Shown here one piece after another: positions 28,291 to 43,013 of a stretch of 64,000 nucleotides of DNA. Positions within the stretch are counted from its first letter, which is position 1. Every line of letters starts with the position of its first letter. The position numbers were made by a program, and so were the translations under genes. Source of the DNA: the human T2T-CHM13v2.0 reference genome, Homo sapiens; assembly GCF_009914755.1 (NCBI RefSeq), contig NC_060926.1, one strand, 5' to 3'. Below the pieces are notes generated by a model. It saw nothing but the letters and a program-made list of their open reading frames with translations. It was not told the origin of the DNA and did not search any database.

Positions 28291-31200
28291 TAAAATTGGA
28301 AATAACTAAGTGTTTTAACATGAGGAATGGCTACAACTATGTTAATACTACCTCCATGATGCAACTGTTATAAGGGACAGGTTGGAAAACTGTGGAAACA
28401 TAATACTTTACATTAAAAAGTAGTATTTTTTATTGTAGAGTCTCCAACAAAGGTCTCTGTTGGAGTTACGCTTACAATGTGATAGTTGTGTGTGTGTACG
28501 GATATGAACTTTAAAGGAAAAATGGAAAAGGTAGATAAGCCATGGCTTATTCATATTAAACTAACATAAAATTAACTTTGCTTCTGCCATAATGTTAGTC
28601 TTCCAGTGAGTTCTTGCTGAAACCTGAATGAAGTTGATGTATTTAATTTTAAATGAAAGAAATGAGACACTTTTTATTCCGTTGTTGTGTTAGCCCTGCA
28701 GTGCTTTTTCAGGCCCTCCCAGATTAATAATGACCTTGTTTACTCATTGACAGTAACCAAAGAGCCTGCTAAAAAAGTTGTGAAGTTAAGGTCAAAGCAG
28801 TTTTATGGGAGGAAATCTGTGAGTGTTTAAAGGAAGGTATTTCCATAATAGCAAGAAGAGCCCAAAGTTGGGAATTCTTCTTTTGCTTTTCCACTCTGAT
28901 CTTTGTATTAATGCTTGATTGACTGAATAAATGCCATGTATCTTATGGTTTTCATGATGATTTCTCAAGCCACACGTCAGGATACTTTTGGGAATTTCCA
29001 GAGAAGTCCTTAAATGGAAAAGCTAAAATTATCTCTAGTAGATATTTTCACCAGTCTTCAGTTCAGATGGCTTACATATAAGAGGAGCATGATTGACTGG
29101 ATAACCCTGAAGTGTATCATTTCACCCGCTGTAGTTGTCAGAACTCAACTACAAAGATGGCAGATCAAATACTTCAAGAAGGGTGGTTGTTTGCCATTGT
29201 GGAGGCTGGTGGTCCAGCGATCACAGCCCCTCAATTACGGCCCTGCGTGAGAGCACAAGCAGCAGTCATTACATAATTATACCTCTGATTAGTTGGTTGA
29301 ACTGGCCATTGCCTTTGAAATATGATAACACAATTTGGAGTTTTATTAAAAAACAATTTTTTTGGAATTTTTGAAAAAGATTTTGTGTTTAAGAAAAAAG
29401 AACCAAAGGGCCTGCAATATATTCTGTTAGAGGAGATTAAAAAGAAGAAAGGGATGAGGGAAAAAAAGAGATGAATGTTTCCCATTATCACTCATTTCTG
29501 TCTCAGGAGGGCTAAGGTGGCCCCTGCTCACCAGCCTTCCCCTCTCGGCATCACCAGCCCCCAGCCTGCTATCCGCTTCACAGAGCAGCGAGCCAGTCCT
29601 TGGAGAGGGGACGTGAGAAGGGGCAGAAGTCAGGGGACCTGAGGCTGCTCCCCGGCACCAGTGCTGCTCAACACACACAATTGTGTGACCACCACTGAAC
29701 AAATCTCACAAGAAAGAGGTGCATTTTACTCCACACGTCATTTGGTTTTGAAAAACTAATTTGAACCTCATTTTTTTCTAAGTGAGAATTTGGTTTGCTG
29801 TGTGTGTGTTTTCAATTTGGATTGCCAAGTATTCAGTCCTAACATATGTTATGGTTGGAGTGCATATAACACTGTGCAGCCGAATAACTAGACCTAGAAA
29901 ATAAAACTGATCACGGTAAAGTTATTTTCCAGGCAGGGGATGCCTCATGATACTGGCTGGGGCCCAACCACACCCAAGGCCTCGTCGGTTTCTGTTCTCA
30001 TGCTGTTGTCATATACCCAGAAGTAGGGGAAGCCCAGGAGCCATGGAGCCTCAGTGTCAGTTCCCTGACAAGCCATCCTCCAAAAAAGCCTTTCCTTTGC
30101 AAAATGAACAGGTACTCCGTGAAAACAGGGAGAGAAATTTCTGTTTTTCACCGATGCATTTCTCACGTTCATCTGACAATGTGCAAAACAAAAAGTCTAC
30201 ATTAGAAATTTATCATGAAGTTATACTCTACTTCAACTCACTTCTTTTCAGTCCCTGTGAAAACTTAATACTCTTGGTGTTGTACTGAAATACCCAGTGG
30301 ATTTGGGGTGCACCTGTACCCTTGATCTCCACTTCTGCGTGTTTCTAGGCCAAAGGGAAAACCAACTCTCTACCTAATTGGAACTTCTGGTTTTATTGCA
30401 TATCCTGGAGGTCTTGCTTCGTTTTTATTTTCCCGGGTTGATGGTCTTTCCCATGTGCACCTACGTTAGCCCACTATGTAGAACGCCTTGGCAGTTTTCA
30501 CAGAGTAAGAGGTTGAAGGAAGCCACCAATGTGAAAATCATATTTGCTGTAAAGAAAGAACCATTGTGAGTTGTTGGAAACCAGATTAAAATTCCATAAT
30601 TGGAGATTGATGACTTTTATTTCATGAGTTTTACTTAGTTAGGTGTTTTATCTTCTGTGTTTTGTGGCTCCAAATTACGAAGACTGTTGGCCTTGCAAGA
30701 AACTGATCACGGCAAAGTTATTTTCCTTACTGAACACGTGTCCTATATATTTGCTTGGCCTCGGGTTTTGTTTAATCCCTTCAAAGGCCCTTTGAACTGA
30801 TGTTTCAACATGACTCCTTCTCTGTGAGCTCTCCGCTAGGAAGCGGCCATCATGTCAAGCCCCTTCACAGCTAAAGTAGTGAGTTCACATAGTCGAAGAA
30901 TCTTCTGGGTTGCATCTTATGAAAAAAAGAAATCCACTGCCTTTTTATAAGAGAACAGAACATTTACACCGTCTTGTTGAGCAAATGAACGTTCAAATGG
31001 CCAGCACAAAAGAAATCCCCAATCTCTAACCTCACAATGAAATCGCCACGGACAAAAGATCACGGGATACCGGGAGCACTAAACTGGAAGTGACACAAAA
31101 CCACAGCAGAATCCGCTCACACCTGCCGAGGTTCCTGGGGGATGATCTTTGTGTAAAGGATCCTGGTGCCGCAGTCAGCCTGAAACACTCCAAGGAGCAG

Positions 31201-32581
31201 AGACGCTCCCCTCTGCAACAGTGACATTTATACTGATGGCGTCTTTTTAAATAAATTAATACATGTCTGATGTGGACAGAGTAGTGCTGTCTGACAAGGT
31301 GATCATTTGACTTTTCTTAGAGGTACAAATTTACGCTCCCTTCTATGAATAGAGAGGGCTATTTGTTTCATTCAAAGACAAGACATTGTTAGAAATGAGT
31401 GGCACACCTCTTCAACCCATCCCCTTCCTCCATGGAGGTAAAAAGATCCTATTAGTTCTCATAATTGATTCTGAGGGCTGCAGCGTGCCTCATTTAGCCG
31501 TCCCTGCTCGGTTCACGCCAAGGATGTAATTCATGCACACTTGGACGTCCAACATGGCTGACGCGCCTTGGACACACAGCCTCGGCGCTGCATCATTTTT
31601 TAATCAGCTATCTGAGGAATATTTATCTGATCAACAAAGAGTGTTGTCAGGAGGAGACCAGAGGTGACATTAATAAGCCTGTGGTTTCCTGGTACAATGA
31701 TGGAGGAAGAGTTTGGAATAAAACCCTGCTCGTTTGAGCATGCCAGCAGACTAAAGAATATTTTTATTCTGCTTACAAAGAGCCAGTCAAAAGAGTCTCA
31801 GTTTGAAGTGTTCAGTTAAGTTTAAGTCTCAGTGATAAGTTTTCAGGCATTCACATGTGTTAGTAAAAAAAAAAAAAACAAAAAACTTTTAGAGAAACAA
31901 ATTAACAAATTTTATTTCAAAATAAAAATTTAAGTTCCTCATGTCGCAGGAACCCAGATGAAAAGCTGTAGCTTCTAAAAATAGGGAGAGGTGTAATAAT
32001 TGGGAGCTGTTAACGCTAAATGATTCCAGCTACTCTAACTTAGTAGAAAGACGTAGTAAGCTGCACACTTTCCCCTTCTGTCTGTCTTTGAAAAGATCGT
32101 GACTGTCTGTTAGTAATTACAAGGAGCTGAGTATATTATGCCAGGCCTCGTTTGGTCATCCAGACACAAGATTTGCTGTTTATAACGATCAGATGCCTTA
32201 AGAAATGTTCTGTGAATTAAAGTTTCTATCACACTTTCTTTTCTAAGTGCATCACTGTTTGTGCACCACATGAGACCCTCATGAGTGGAGTGACACCCAT
32301 CCCATCTGCCAACCTGAAGACGCAGAAAGTCCATACATAGCCAGTGTAGACATCAGCACACTTTGTCCACGTTAGGATCGTGGTACCAGAAGGTGCCACA
32401 GTGATCTCTCTTTGTAATTCAAAGACTGCCTCATGAATTCAGTTTGCTAACGCCTTCGGTGTTCCTCAACAGGAGGGCTCTGTGTGTGTTTTCCGGAAAA
32501 TTAATACCATTGTTATATTACACAAGGATAAATAAACATTTTGTCTTAGAGTTTGGGAGTGAGTCTCTCTGCATTGTCTTA

Positions 32582-32816
<235 letters not shown>

Positions 32817-34513
32817 TACATTCCAGCCAGCATGATGATGAGTTTTCCATGTGTGTTTTAAATTCCCAGCAGTCGGTGGTGATTCCCTTGTTTGACCTCT
32901 TGCTGTGATACCCGCATGTAGCACCCTTGTGTTTCACCTGAGTTCACGGTTCACGTTTTGGCACCATTGTGGGGACAGTGCTGTCCTCCCACGAGTGGCA
33001 TTCTCTCCCAGGCCCACTGACTGTTCTGCCTACCCAGATTAGAGCTCAGAAAGTTCCATTTAATTTGCAGACTAAAGTGAGAAGAGATCAGTCTCGTTGT
33101 CTACACTGGAGCTGACAGTCAGTTTGTACCACATCTGAAATTATACTTGTGGGATTTCATGTCCATTGAGATTCGCGTATGTGTTTTTAAACATGTAAGA
33201 CAGTGCTGAGACATCCTGCCGCATACATAGCTATGGGAGGCATTGTGAAACTCTGTTTACCAAAGAGACTTTTGCTTACGCAGCAAGCAAAATAGCAGAA
33301 TGGAAAACACTAACGGAATGCTCACACCCTGCTGCCTTTTTGTTTAATAACAGGTGAAATTTTGATACTAGAATAATAGATTTTGTGAGAAATAACATTA
33401 GTAACAAAATCAAAATAAGTTAGCCTGTGTTTAAGAGGAAGAAACTGTATTCCTGAAAGTAGAACAGGAATTTTACTAAAAATTTTAATTAAAATAAAGA
33501 CCCGGAAAGTTTTAGTCTATTGCTAGTCCCCCTGAAGTCCCCGAGAATCGCCTTTTATTCCAAAGGCCTGAGACCAGAGGGAGGCTGCCAGTGGTGGGCA
33601 GTGGCTGGGTGGCACCAAACATCAGCTCGGAGCCTCCTGGTTCCATTTGGCACAGTGTCTCCGTAGCCCCTCAAAGTGATTCCAGGCAGCAGCATCCGAC
33701 ATAACCCAAGGTGTTATTGATGATAATAGGATTGTATTTTCTTGTTGAGAAGCTTCTAAACAAGGGAACTTAGAGCAATCAATGCCCCCGGAGACCGATG
33801 CACATATCAGGACCTTGGTATCAGCTAGAAAACATCCATTTGTTTAAGGGGAAGAAACAGGCACGACATTTTGCACATTAAAATGGATTATTTCATCAAT
33901 AGGTTAATAGAAAGCCGGGCTGCAAGTTCACTTCCTGCTTATACATCCTGTGGTAATGGGAGAGCAGAGTGTGAAAAATGGAAGGCATAAAGCGGGCGAG
34001 GAAAGAGGCTTTCTGCACTCGGGCACCCCTCCCCTCCCGAGGGGTGCCCAGCCTCCATTCTGCCTATTTATATGTAAATATTGCTGCAAGAGGTAAGTTG
34101 TACTCTTGAGGAGTGCAGCCTTCTCATGGCTACCTCTTTCTGGAACTTGCGAAATACTGTCCCAGACACCAGAGCTGCAGCAGTTAAAAATTAAGCCCAT
34201 GCCTAATTCTGCATCATCATGCCTGGGGCCCCTGGTACATACCCATCAAGCATTTCTAAAGCAAACATTTGAGACCCGGGACAGATTTGGTTTCCTTCGT
34301 TCCTCATGCATGGTATTTGTACCGGTGGGTACCTGAAGATCCTTTTCCCAGGTTTGGAGTTACCTGAGACAGATACTTAGGTAGGACCTTATAGATAGTG
34401 AAGAAACCTGAAGGTATAGACATAAAGAAGTCTTCACTTGTGAAAAATTAAATGTAGACCCGTATCCTTTAACACCGCAGATGCCTGCTAGTTTAGAGGT
34501 TGTTTCTTACTAA

Positions 34514-34789
34514 ATTATTATTATTATTATTATTATTATTCTCTTGAGATGGAATCTCTCACTGTCGCCCAGGCTGGAGTGCAGTGGTACGATCTCAGCT
34601 CACTGCAACCTCCGCCTCCAGAGTAGCTGGGATTATAGGCGTGCCCCACCATGCACAGCTAATTTTTGTATTTTTAGTAGAGACGGTGTTTTGCCATGTT
34701 GGCCAGGCTGGTTTCGAACTTCTGTCCTCAAGTGATCCGCCCACCTCAGCCTCCCAAAGTGCTGGGATTACAGACGTGAGGACCTGGCC
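34514..34789 (-). mobile_element. AluS with an internal deletion and (TTA)n tail
   Basis: ctccgcctcc|agagtagctgg lacks about 30 nt of the consensus. Confidence 0.92.
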
Positions 34790-36553
34790 TATTTGTTGAT
34801 TTTCACACTGCAAAGGAATTGTTAGATGTGTTTAGTTATAACAAGTTAATATCACTTTAAATCAAGAAGCAACTAAATCACAGCTAGTTTTTACTTGTGA
34901 ATAATGTAAAATTTGCATCCTAAATATACAGTGCTTTATCGCAGAATTGTATTTGCTTCCTTAAAGGCTCAGGTTTCTCGCGTATGTTTTGTGTTGTCTC
35001 TACAAAGAAATCCAGTGTAGTTAGAAGCACTTGAGATTCATTTCTGCAACATAACTCATCCCAGGCGCCTAGTCATCACCCTGGGTCATTTTCTGGCCAC
35101 CAGAACTTGGTGCACACGCCGAACCTACAACCACAGCCTCAGCTGTAGTGTTCGAAATGGAGAATTTTGGCTCAAACACTACAGCAGGCAAGAAGAGTTA
35201 ACCTGTCGTAAGTCAGGAACACGTTGGGGTTGATTAGGGAGCTGACCGTTGGCCAGCTCATGCTTTGGGAACCAGAGGGCCAGCCTGGCTGCCTGCTTTG
35301 CGGGCTTAAGACCTGCCTCTGGAAGGGTAAGGGCCTGCCCGTCCAGATAAGTGCTGCTCACCTGCATTAAACAAACGGCCACACAGAGCCCAGTGGGAGC
35401 CTGCACTGGTTTCTCTTCCTGCCTGTGGCAGTTGAGAGAGACAGACGGTCCTGTGAGACCCCTTCTTCAGAAGGTGAATGACAGTGACCGCCACTAAACA
35501 TTCCATTCCACCTGCCTGCACGGCAGTCCAAGCCCTCTAGCCCTGTGACCTGGGGCTGTGCCTTTGCTTGCATTTGCCTGAAGAGTTGAGCCACCCTGTT
35601 TAACTCTTGGGTTTTTATAAAATGTCTCCTGAAGGGCGGAGAGAATGCCTCAAGTCGATGTCTTCCCTGCCACAGATGTCAGCATTTCTGAGTTGATAGT
35701 TGGGAGGGTAAGGGCCTGGTGGGGTGGAGAATGTGTCTCTGGAGGGTGGGGGCCCCATCTCAGTGAGCCAGCCAGGCACTGCACACAGCCTGAGTGGTGG
35801 GCCTGCTGCGCCCTTGTTAAATTGGTTCTCTTCCGAACCCAGCGTCCCACTGTCGGTGACTTGGCGTTTTGTCCTTTCTCCTGAGAACCTGAGGTGGCAT
35901 TTGCTCTTCTGGTTCCTAGGAGCTCCATTTAGAGCCGTAACTCCCCCGAGTGTCAAAGAGAATAGACTCCTCCCTCCAGGACAGCAGAATGGCACTAGGG
36001 GGTTTTGCTGCTGTAGGTATTGCCTGAATCAAAATCTGTCTCGGGAAGACAACTTCACTTTTAACAGCTCTTGGTTTTAAAACCTACCTTCTCCAACACA
36101 TAGGCATGAACTGCTCATAACCAGGGTCTCTTGATTTGACATGCTCCTAATATTTGGCCGAATCAAAGGGCTTGTGGCGACTGGCATCATAGCTCCTTCA
36201 AAGGGTGTCATCATTTCCCAAGGCAGAGGCCAGTTTTTGTGCTGTTTTGAGTAGCCACGTGTGAAACCCAGCAGGGCGAAGCAGACTTCTGCGCGTGGGT
36301 AGTTCTTTGACGTTAGATGCAATCCTGATGACCCTGCTCCACCTCTGCCCTTCCTGAGTTCCTCTGTTCACCGCAGGGGAGTTGGAGGGCTCAGCCCAGG
36401 GAGCTCCATGGCACCCACCCGCTTCGCGCAGACAGCTCGGAGGCAACGTCACGTGCTACTTTGACCTTTTTTTTTCTCCCCTTTTCATTTGTTTTCTTTT
36501 CCTTTTTGTTTTCTCTCTTTTTCCCCTCTCCCCTTTCTGCTCTCGGGATGCAG

Positions 36554-36628
36554 CCAAACGCAAAGCATGGAAACTAAACCGTGTTGGTAGCCTGCGAAAT
36601 ATATACAGCAGCAGCACCAACACTGAAG
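36554..36628 (+). CDS. AGAP1: Alternative 75-nt cassette exon, polybasic insert in the PH domain: (A)KRKAWKLNRVGSLRNIYSSSTNTE(E)
   Basis: Pyrimidine tract ~36466-36543, cag at 36551-36553 and donor GAAG|gtaacg at 36629. Length 75 nt, phase 1-1, no stop codon, in frame with the 58311 exon. Peptide resembles the AGAP2/PIKE-L insert AKRKMWKLKSFGSLRNIYK (recalled). Confidence 0.88.
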
Positions 36629-38725
36629 GTAACGCCTCCGCACCTCCACCCGCCCACACCTCCACCTGCCTCTTCCCCTCTCATCCCCTGCCCGCCCCTT
36701 CCTTTCCAACACAGGCATGGAAATGCAATTTGCCCAAAGCCGCATGCTCCCTTATTGTGTTTGCAGAGTCATTCCTGTGGTCTTTTCATCTTTTTGTTTG
36801 TGTGTTTTATTTTACCATTCGTGTTCCTTTCAGCTTACTTAAATTTTGACCTTTCCCTTCAGTCGTAGAGTAGTGATGTTTAAATTACTTCAGAAACCTA
36901 TTTTCTCCTCTTTTTTCTTTTCCTTTATACATGTGGGCACTCAGTGTAATATTTCCCAAGTTATTACAGTTTTTAAAAGTGTTAGTATCAGGTGTAATGA
37001 TCTGTAGCCAAATACAATAGTGTGCCGTGACATTTAAGTAACAGTCTTAATTTGTTTTGTGGAAGCATTCTCCATAATGCTCTCTGCAGCTCTAATCCAC
37101 AGGCAGGCAGGCCCGGGCCATTTGCATGGGCTGCTATTTGCTTGTAAAGTCAGTATTTTGTTGTGTTTCTAAAGGTCGTCTGGTGCCAAAGTTCACAAAT
37201 TGACTTGCGTTGCTTTTTTCACCGAAGACAGCCGTCATTGCTTTTGTATAATAGCAGATTGAATTTTTCCCCCACCTTCATTTGAACAACATAATTATAA
37301 ATTGCCTTTTTTTTTATGATTACAAATGTCAAGGGTCGGAATTACTTTGATGCCAGGCAAGGGAAAACCACCACCATCAGCCCAAGCGCACATAAGGGAG
37401 GCGGGGGCATCGGGCGTGTGATGCAAAGCAGGTCACAATCCAGCGATCTTGGTATAATAGGGGGACATTTTTTTTCACTTAAGTGCAAGCCAAATGGGTC
37501 AAGTAATCGCAAGCTCGTGCCCTAACACTAATTGACTTATTTGGGGATTATTATAACTGTAATATTTTTCTTAATGTCACTGTTTTCTGGGCTGTTGATT
37601 TTAGCGATTGCCAAGCAATGGCATTAAATCTCTTGTAAATTTTAAATTGCACGTTATTTCTGTAAACAAGTCCCTCTCTTCACATCCTGGTCATTAACCT
37701 TTGCCGATTTATATCACCATCCTCTTTTTTTCTTTCTTTCACAATTACTCCTGTCTTGCCGCTGAACGCCCTGCTCTCAGCCAGGAAAAAAAAGAAAAAG
37801 AAATCTGGAAAACAAATCTACATTTTCACTATGGCTTGTTAAAGAGCCATTTTTTAATCATAATTTTTTTTTTCATTTCTCAAGGGAAAATTGTTGTCTG
37901 TTAAGATACCAGTGGAGCTTGGCCTCATTGGTATCTTCTTTCAAAGCACTCAAGAAATAACCAAATGAAAGAGGGAAAAGAATAGAAGTTAAGAAACGGT
38001 CATTCATTATCATTTTTGTTGCATTTTAAAGGGTATTAGTATACTCTTTTCACCGTTTTTTAAATGTTTTTCAACTTAGCGTGCATATCATTTCTCCTCC
38101 CTGTGTCCTTATCAAATATGTTGGGTTTGCTTTTTTTTTTTTTTTTTTTTGTATGCATGTGGGTTTGTCGCAACAAATTTGTTTATTGACTTCCAGCCTT
38201 TAAAAAAAAATTGTGAGGTCTGGTTTCAAATGCAGTGTATAGAAAATTGGGGGACAGCAAGGGGACATACCTCCTTAGCCTTGAGGGCAAATGGTTCCCT
38301 GAGACTTGCTGATGGGCCTTCCTGGAGACACTGGTGGGTGACACGGGACCCAGTAGAACCAGGAGTGAGGATTTGCAGCAGTGCGAACTTCTCAGCCTTA
38401 GCTTCTCAGGTAATACACAGCATCTGCTCTGCCCAGCACCTCGGAGGGGTGGAGAGCGTGAATTCCTCTCTGAAATCTGTCAGTACTGGATAGCACTGCA
38501 AACATGGGGTCCCTCTGTCAGTAGCTATGAAAGGCATTCCTGGGGATACTAAATAGTGACTGCATATCCAATTGTCCCTCACAATTTCTTTCATTTTTCT
38601 CAGTTATAGTAAGTTTCTGTTTGGTGTTCAAGGTCATGTATGAATTTTCAATTAAAAGACAGCATTCTTCATTTACTTTGGGTTTATTTTAAGATTAACA
38701 TGTGTACACATACAATCTCATTTCA

Positions 38726-39135
<410 letters not shown>

Positions 39136-41814
39136 TTATCACATATTCACTGTCTATAAAGTGACCCTTCATGAAAATTTGTATCCTGAACATTTTAACT
39201 TTTGTTTTAACCTCACGTCGTGTTACACTAAATATATCCATCCCCAAGTGGAGTATCTTTTAAAGTGGTCCACTTGAGTGATTTACTCAAAGGCACCCAA
39301 AAAACACCACCCAAGTAAGGTGGACACTGGAGTTTCCTGTGTCTAGAGGGAGAACTTGAGCTTCAGGAATAAGAGGAGACCACCCACTAGGAGCTGGGAG
39401 TGGACTCAGCTGTTCTGGGACTTTCCTCAGGATCCTGGTTTAGGAGAGACAGACAGAGCCAAGGTTTGAGTCTAAGGATCTCTCTGAAGCCCTTTTTCTT
39501 TTATGTCCTCTCTCTTCCGGCCTCTGGACCACATTATCTCATTTAATCTTCACACTCCCCCTGCCAGGTAGGTATCATGTTATGGATGGAAAATTGGGAT
39601 TCTGATAACTCAAGTGATTTTCTGCAGAACAAGCTAGCATGTTCCAGAGGCAGGACGTGTGCCCAGATCTCTTGACTGTGGGACCTGCTCACAGATCCAC
39701 GTGGAAGGAGTTTGTGGATGGAAGTCAGGAGTGGATAAAAACAAACAAAACTTACAAGGGAAACGCACAGACAAGATTAAAAAACAAAAATATTTTATCT
39801 TTTGTCTGTCCATTGTGGCTAACACTGAAACTGAGATAGAAACTTTGGATATATATGATTGCACTAATGTACAAACTTTTGTTGCTTTTTAACAATTAAC
39901 TTTCTCAAGATGGGTGAAATTGAGTTTTCTTCAGCCAGAATGCAGCTGTAACTTTAACATCTCAGGAACCTGTGAATGGAAGGGTGTCTTAATGGTATGA
40001 TCCTCCAATTAACAGCTGTCTCCCAACCCAAGGGAGAATAAGATCTAAATACCAGATGACTGAGGCTAGACTCACCAATGTTCAACTGAAAGTAAATGTA
40101 TTGGAGAAAGAACAAAGAGGACCAAGTGGCAGAAGAGTGGACGTTGTGCAGGAGGAAACTCGGGAGGGAGGCCTCTTCGCTGCACCGCAGGGCAGAATTG
40201 CACAACACCTGGACCCATCTCCAGGCCTCACCTGCCCCATGCAGCTAAACAGATGACATTATCATCCGCTGTGAGTTGGGTGAACACATGGGCTCTTTCA
40301 AGAGCATTTAAGCTCTCTGTTTTTGCAGAAGAAAAGTACTTCCAGTACCTAAATAGATAAAGGAGAGAGGTGTTAGGAAACAAGGGGGCATTTCTTGGGA
40401 TGCCAAGCCCATTCCCTGGCAGCAGAATGAATACTTAAGATAGGCCTCTTCAAATAGGTGATGACACTTGCATCCAGGTGTTAGCCAGATTCAGTACTGG
40501 CCTAAAGTCCCAATTCGAGCCCGTCTATGAGGGCCCGTTTCTGTGGATTTAGAGCTCGCCCCAGCAACAGGCCTGGGAAACCTCTGCTTTGGGTACTTCC
40601 GTTCACCACAGTGGGCCAGATCGCTGGAACCCAGTCTCCCCGACACTGCGATTCCAAGCATAGGCATTGCCATGGGGAAACAGCAAACCTCCTCTTGGAA
40701 ATTTCATCACAGATACAGCTTCGCGCCTCAGGCCTGCAGTCAGACCCGCACCTGCCTTCTCCACTGAACAGCCCAGATGGTCACTGTTCCTCTGAGCAGA
40801 TGTGAGCAGGCCTAACTTGTTGGCCATTCCCTCCAACACTCGTTTTCTTGGTCACAGTTCTGAGACTTCCAACTCATTCACAGTTAAACAAATTACAGGC
40901 CCACATCTGAGAATGATGGTCTTGCTGAGTGTGAGGTAGGCCTGCCTCCTTGTTCCCGACTCTCAGGTCCCTGCTGGGATGCGCCATTGCCTGCGCTGGG
41001 TGCTGGGGCAATGGAGAGGGTAAGGGTGCACCCGCCCACTGCCCTCAGGGAGCTTACTGTCAGTCTAGGAGGCTGCACAAAGGATCTCATGCAGAAGGAG
41101 GGAAGAGGCCCTGGATGCTCTGGGGGCTTTGTGGAGAGCAGAACTACATTTGATTTAGGGGTCAGGACAGGTATCATGGCCTGCGGGATGTGACAGGAAC
41201 CACAGTGACCGCATCCTCAGTGCTGAGAAATTTCCAACATCCTGTCGTGCACCCCTAGCAGAGGGAGATCTTTTCCTCCTTGTTTTATAAAAGAAGAAAC
41301 CGAGCCTGGGAGAAGGGCAGGCATCAGCCCCAGGAGCTCTCAGGAAGACGGGGCTGGAATTCCAGGTGGAGGCAGCAGCCTGCACCTGGACGGGGCTTAG
41401 TACAGAGCCTGCAGCGCCCTTAGGCTTGAGTGTGAGGTGTGTGCCGAGGATTCTTTTGGGACCAGTACCAGTGGAGGGGACTAGATGATCCACAGATCTG
41501 CAGACAGCTGTCATCATCATCTCCAGCAGAGGAAGAAGGCAGCCCTGCCTGACAATCTGTGACCCATTGTGTTGTGTGTTTCCTGAAGGACTCACTGCAG
41601 TGTCTGATCAAGGCCCCCGCCAAATGCCCCGGCAGTCTCCCCAGTGCCCCGTGTGGGTCCCCACTGTGAGAGGCTGCCTTCCAGAACCTGCTCTCTGCAG
41701 TGAGCATTCTCCAGGCTCAGATGGGTTCTCTTTCACACTGAATCACTGCTCTTGTTTGTATGAGGCAGGCATGGGCGCCAGACTCAAGCCCAGATCTTAA
41801 CTCAGGTGGTCTTG

Positions 41815-41990
41815 GTTCAGTCCCACATCCCCACTTCATAGCTCTAACCTTGGGTTCTTGATGTGTCTTCTCTGTACCTCAGTTTCCCCACCTATAAACT
41901 GGGGTGATGACACCCACTGCACAGGGTTGTGGGGAGGAGTCAGCAAGCTAACATACCTAGAGATGTGGAACATGGCCCCTGCATTGCTCC
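41815..41990 (+). mobile_element. MIR
   Basis: tctctgtacctcagtttccccacctataaactgggg...cacagggttgtggggagg. Confidence 0.7.
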
Positions 41991-42229
41991 TTGCCTAGGA
42001 CCAGTAAGCCCCAGTACTCAAGCACCCAGATTCTCTCTGTTTTCAAAGAAAATTGCAGTGTTTGAACGTTGTTTATGTAGCCAGGAACAGAGATTTGAAA
42101 AGACGTGTTGCCCATGAAGCATAGGGGGGAATTTAGAAATGAAACTTAACCTGTTATCTAGACTTTTAAACCTACCCTCCTGCTTCCATTTGCTGTCATC
42201 TGAGAAGAATCGTCAGTTGTAGAAATTTG

Positions 42230-42445
42230 GCTAAAAGCGTGAGCTGTGGAGTCACACACGCCTGGGTCTCATCCCCTCTCTGCCACTTCCCAGCTGTGTG
42301 GCTTGGGATGCTTTCCTGGGTCTGTCCTTCCTCTCTGTTCTTTTCTTCCTCGCATGCAGACAATAAAACCTACCTTGAAGGGTAATTGAAGAAGAAATGA
42401 AGTGAAGCCTGTGAAGTGCTTCCCACAGAGCTGGGCACATAGGGA
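42230..42445 (+). mobile_element. MIR
   Basis: ggagtcacacacgcctgggt...ctgccacttcccagctgtgtggcttggg...gtgaagtgct...ctgggcacatag. Confidence 0.65.
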
Positions 42446-42617
42446 AGCTGGCCGCCGTGGCTGCTATTAAATTGCTATACAGACTTATTTAATAGAAAAA
42501 TGACCCAAAGACTCCATGGAGAATATCTGTGGACTATTCAGTAGGCCTTTTTAATGTATCGGTACAGAGCAGAGCTGGCCAAAGCCACCCCTCCTCAGTG
42601 ATGAGCAGCACCAACTA

Positions 42618-43013
<396 letters not shown>

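Noticed and set aside
34610-34630. Internal Alu deletion at GCCTCC microhomology
   Set aside because: Ordinary microhomology-mediated decay.
36382-36849. 155-aa single ORF with a hydrophobic segment
   Set aside because: The Phe/Leu stretch is the polypyrimidine tract. Only 36554-36628 is bounded by splice sites.
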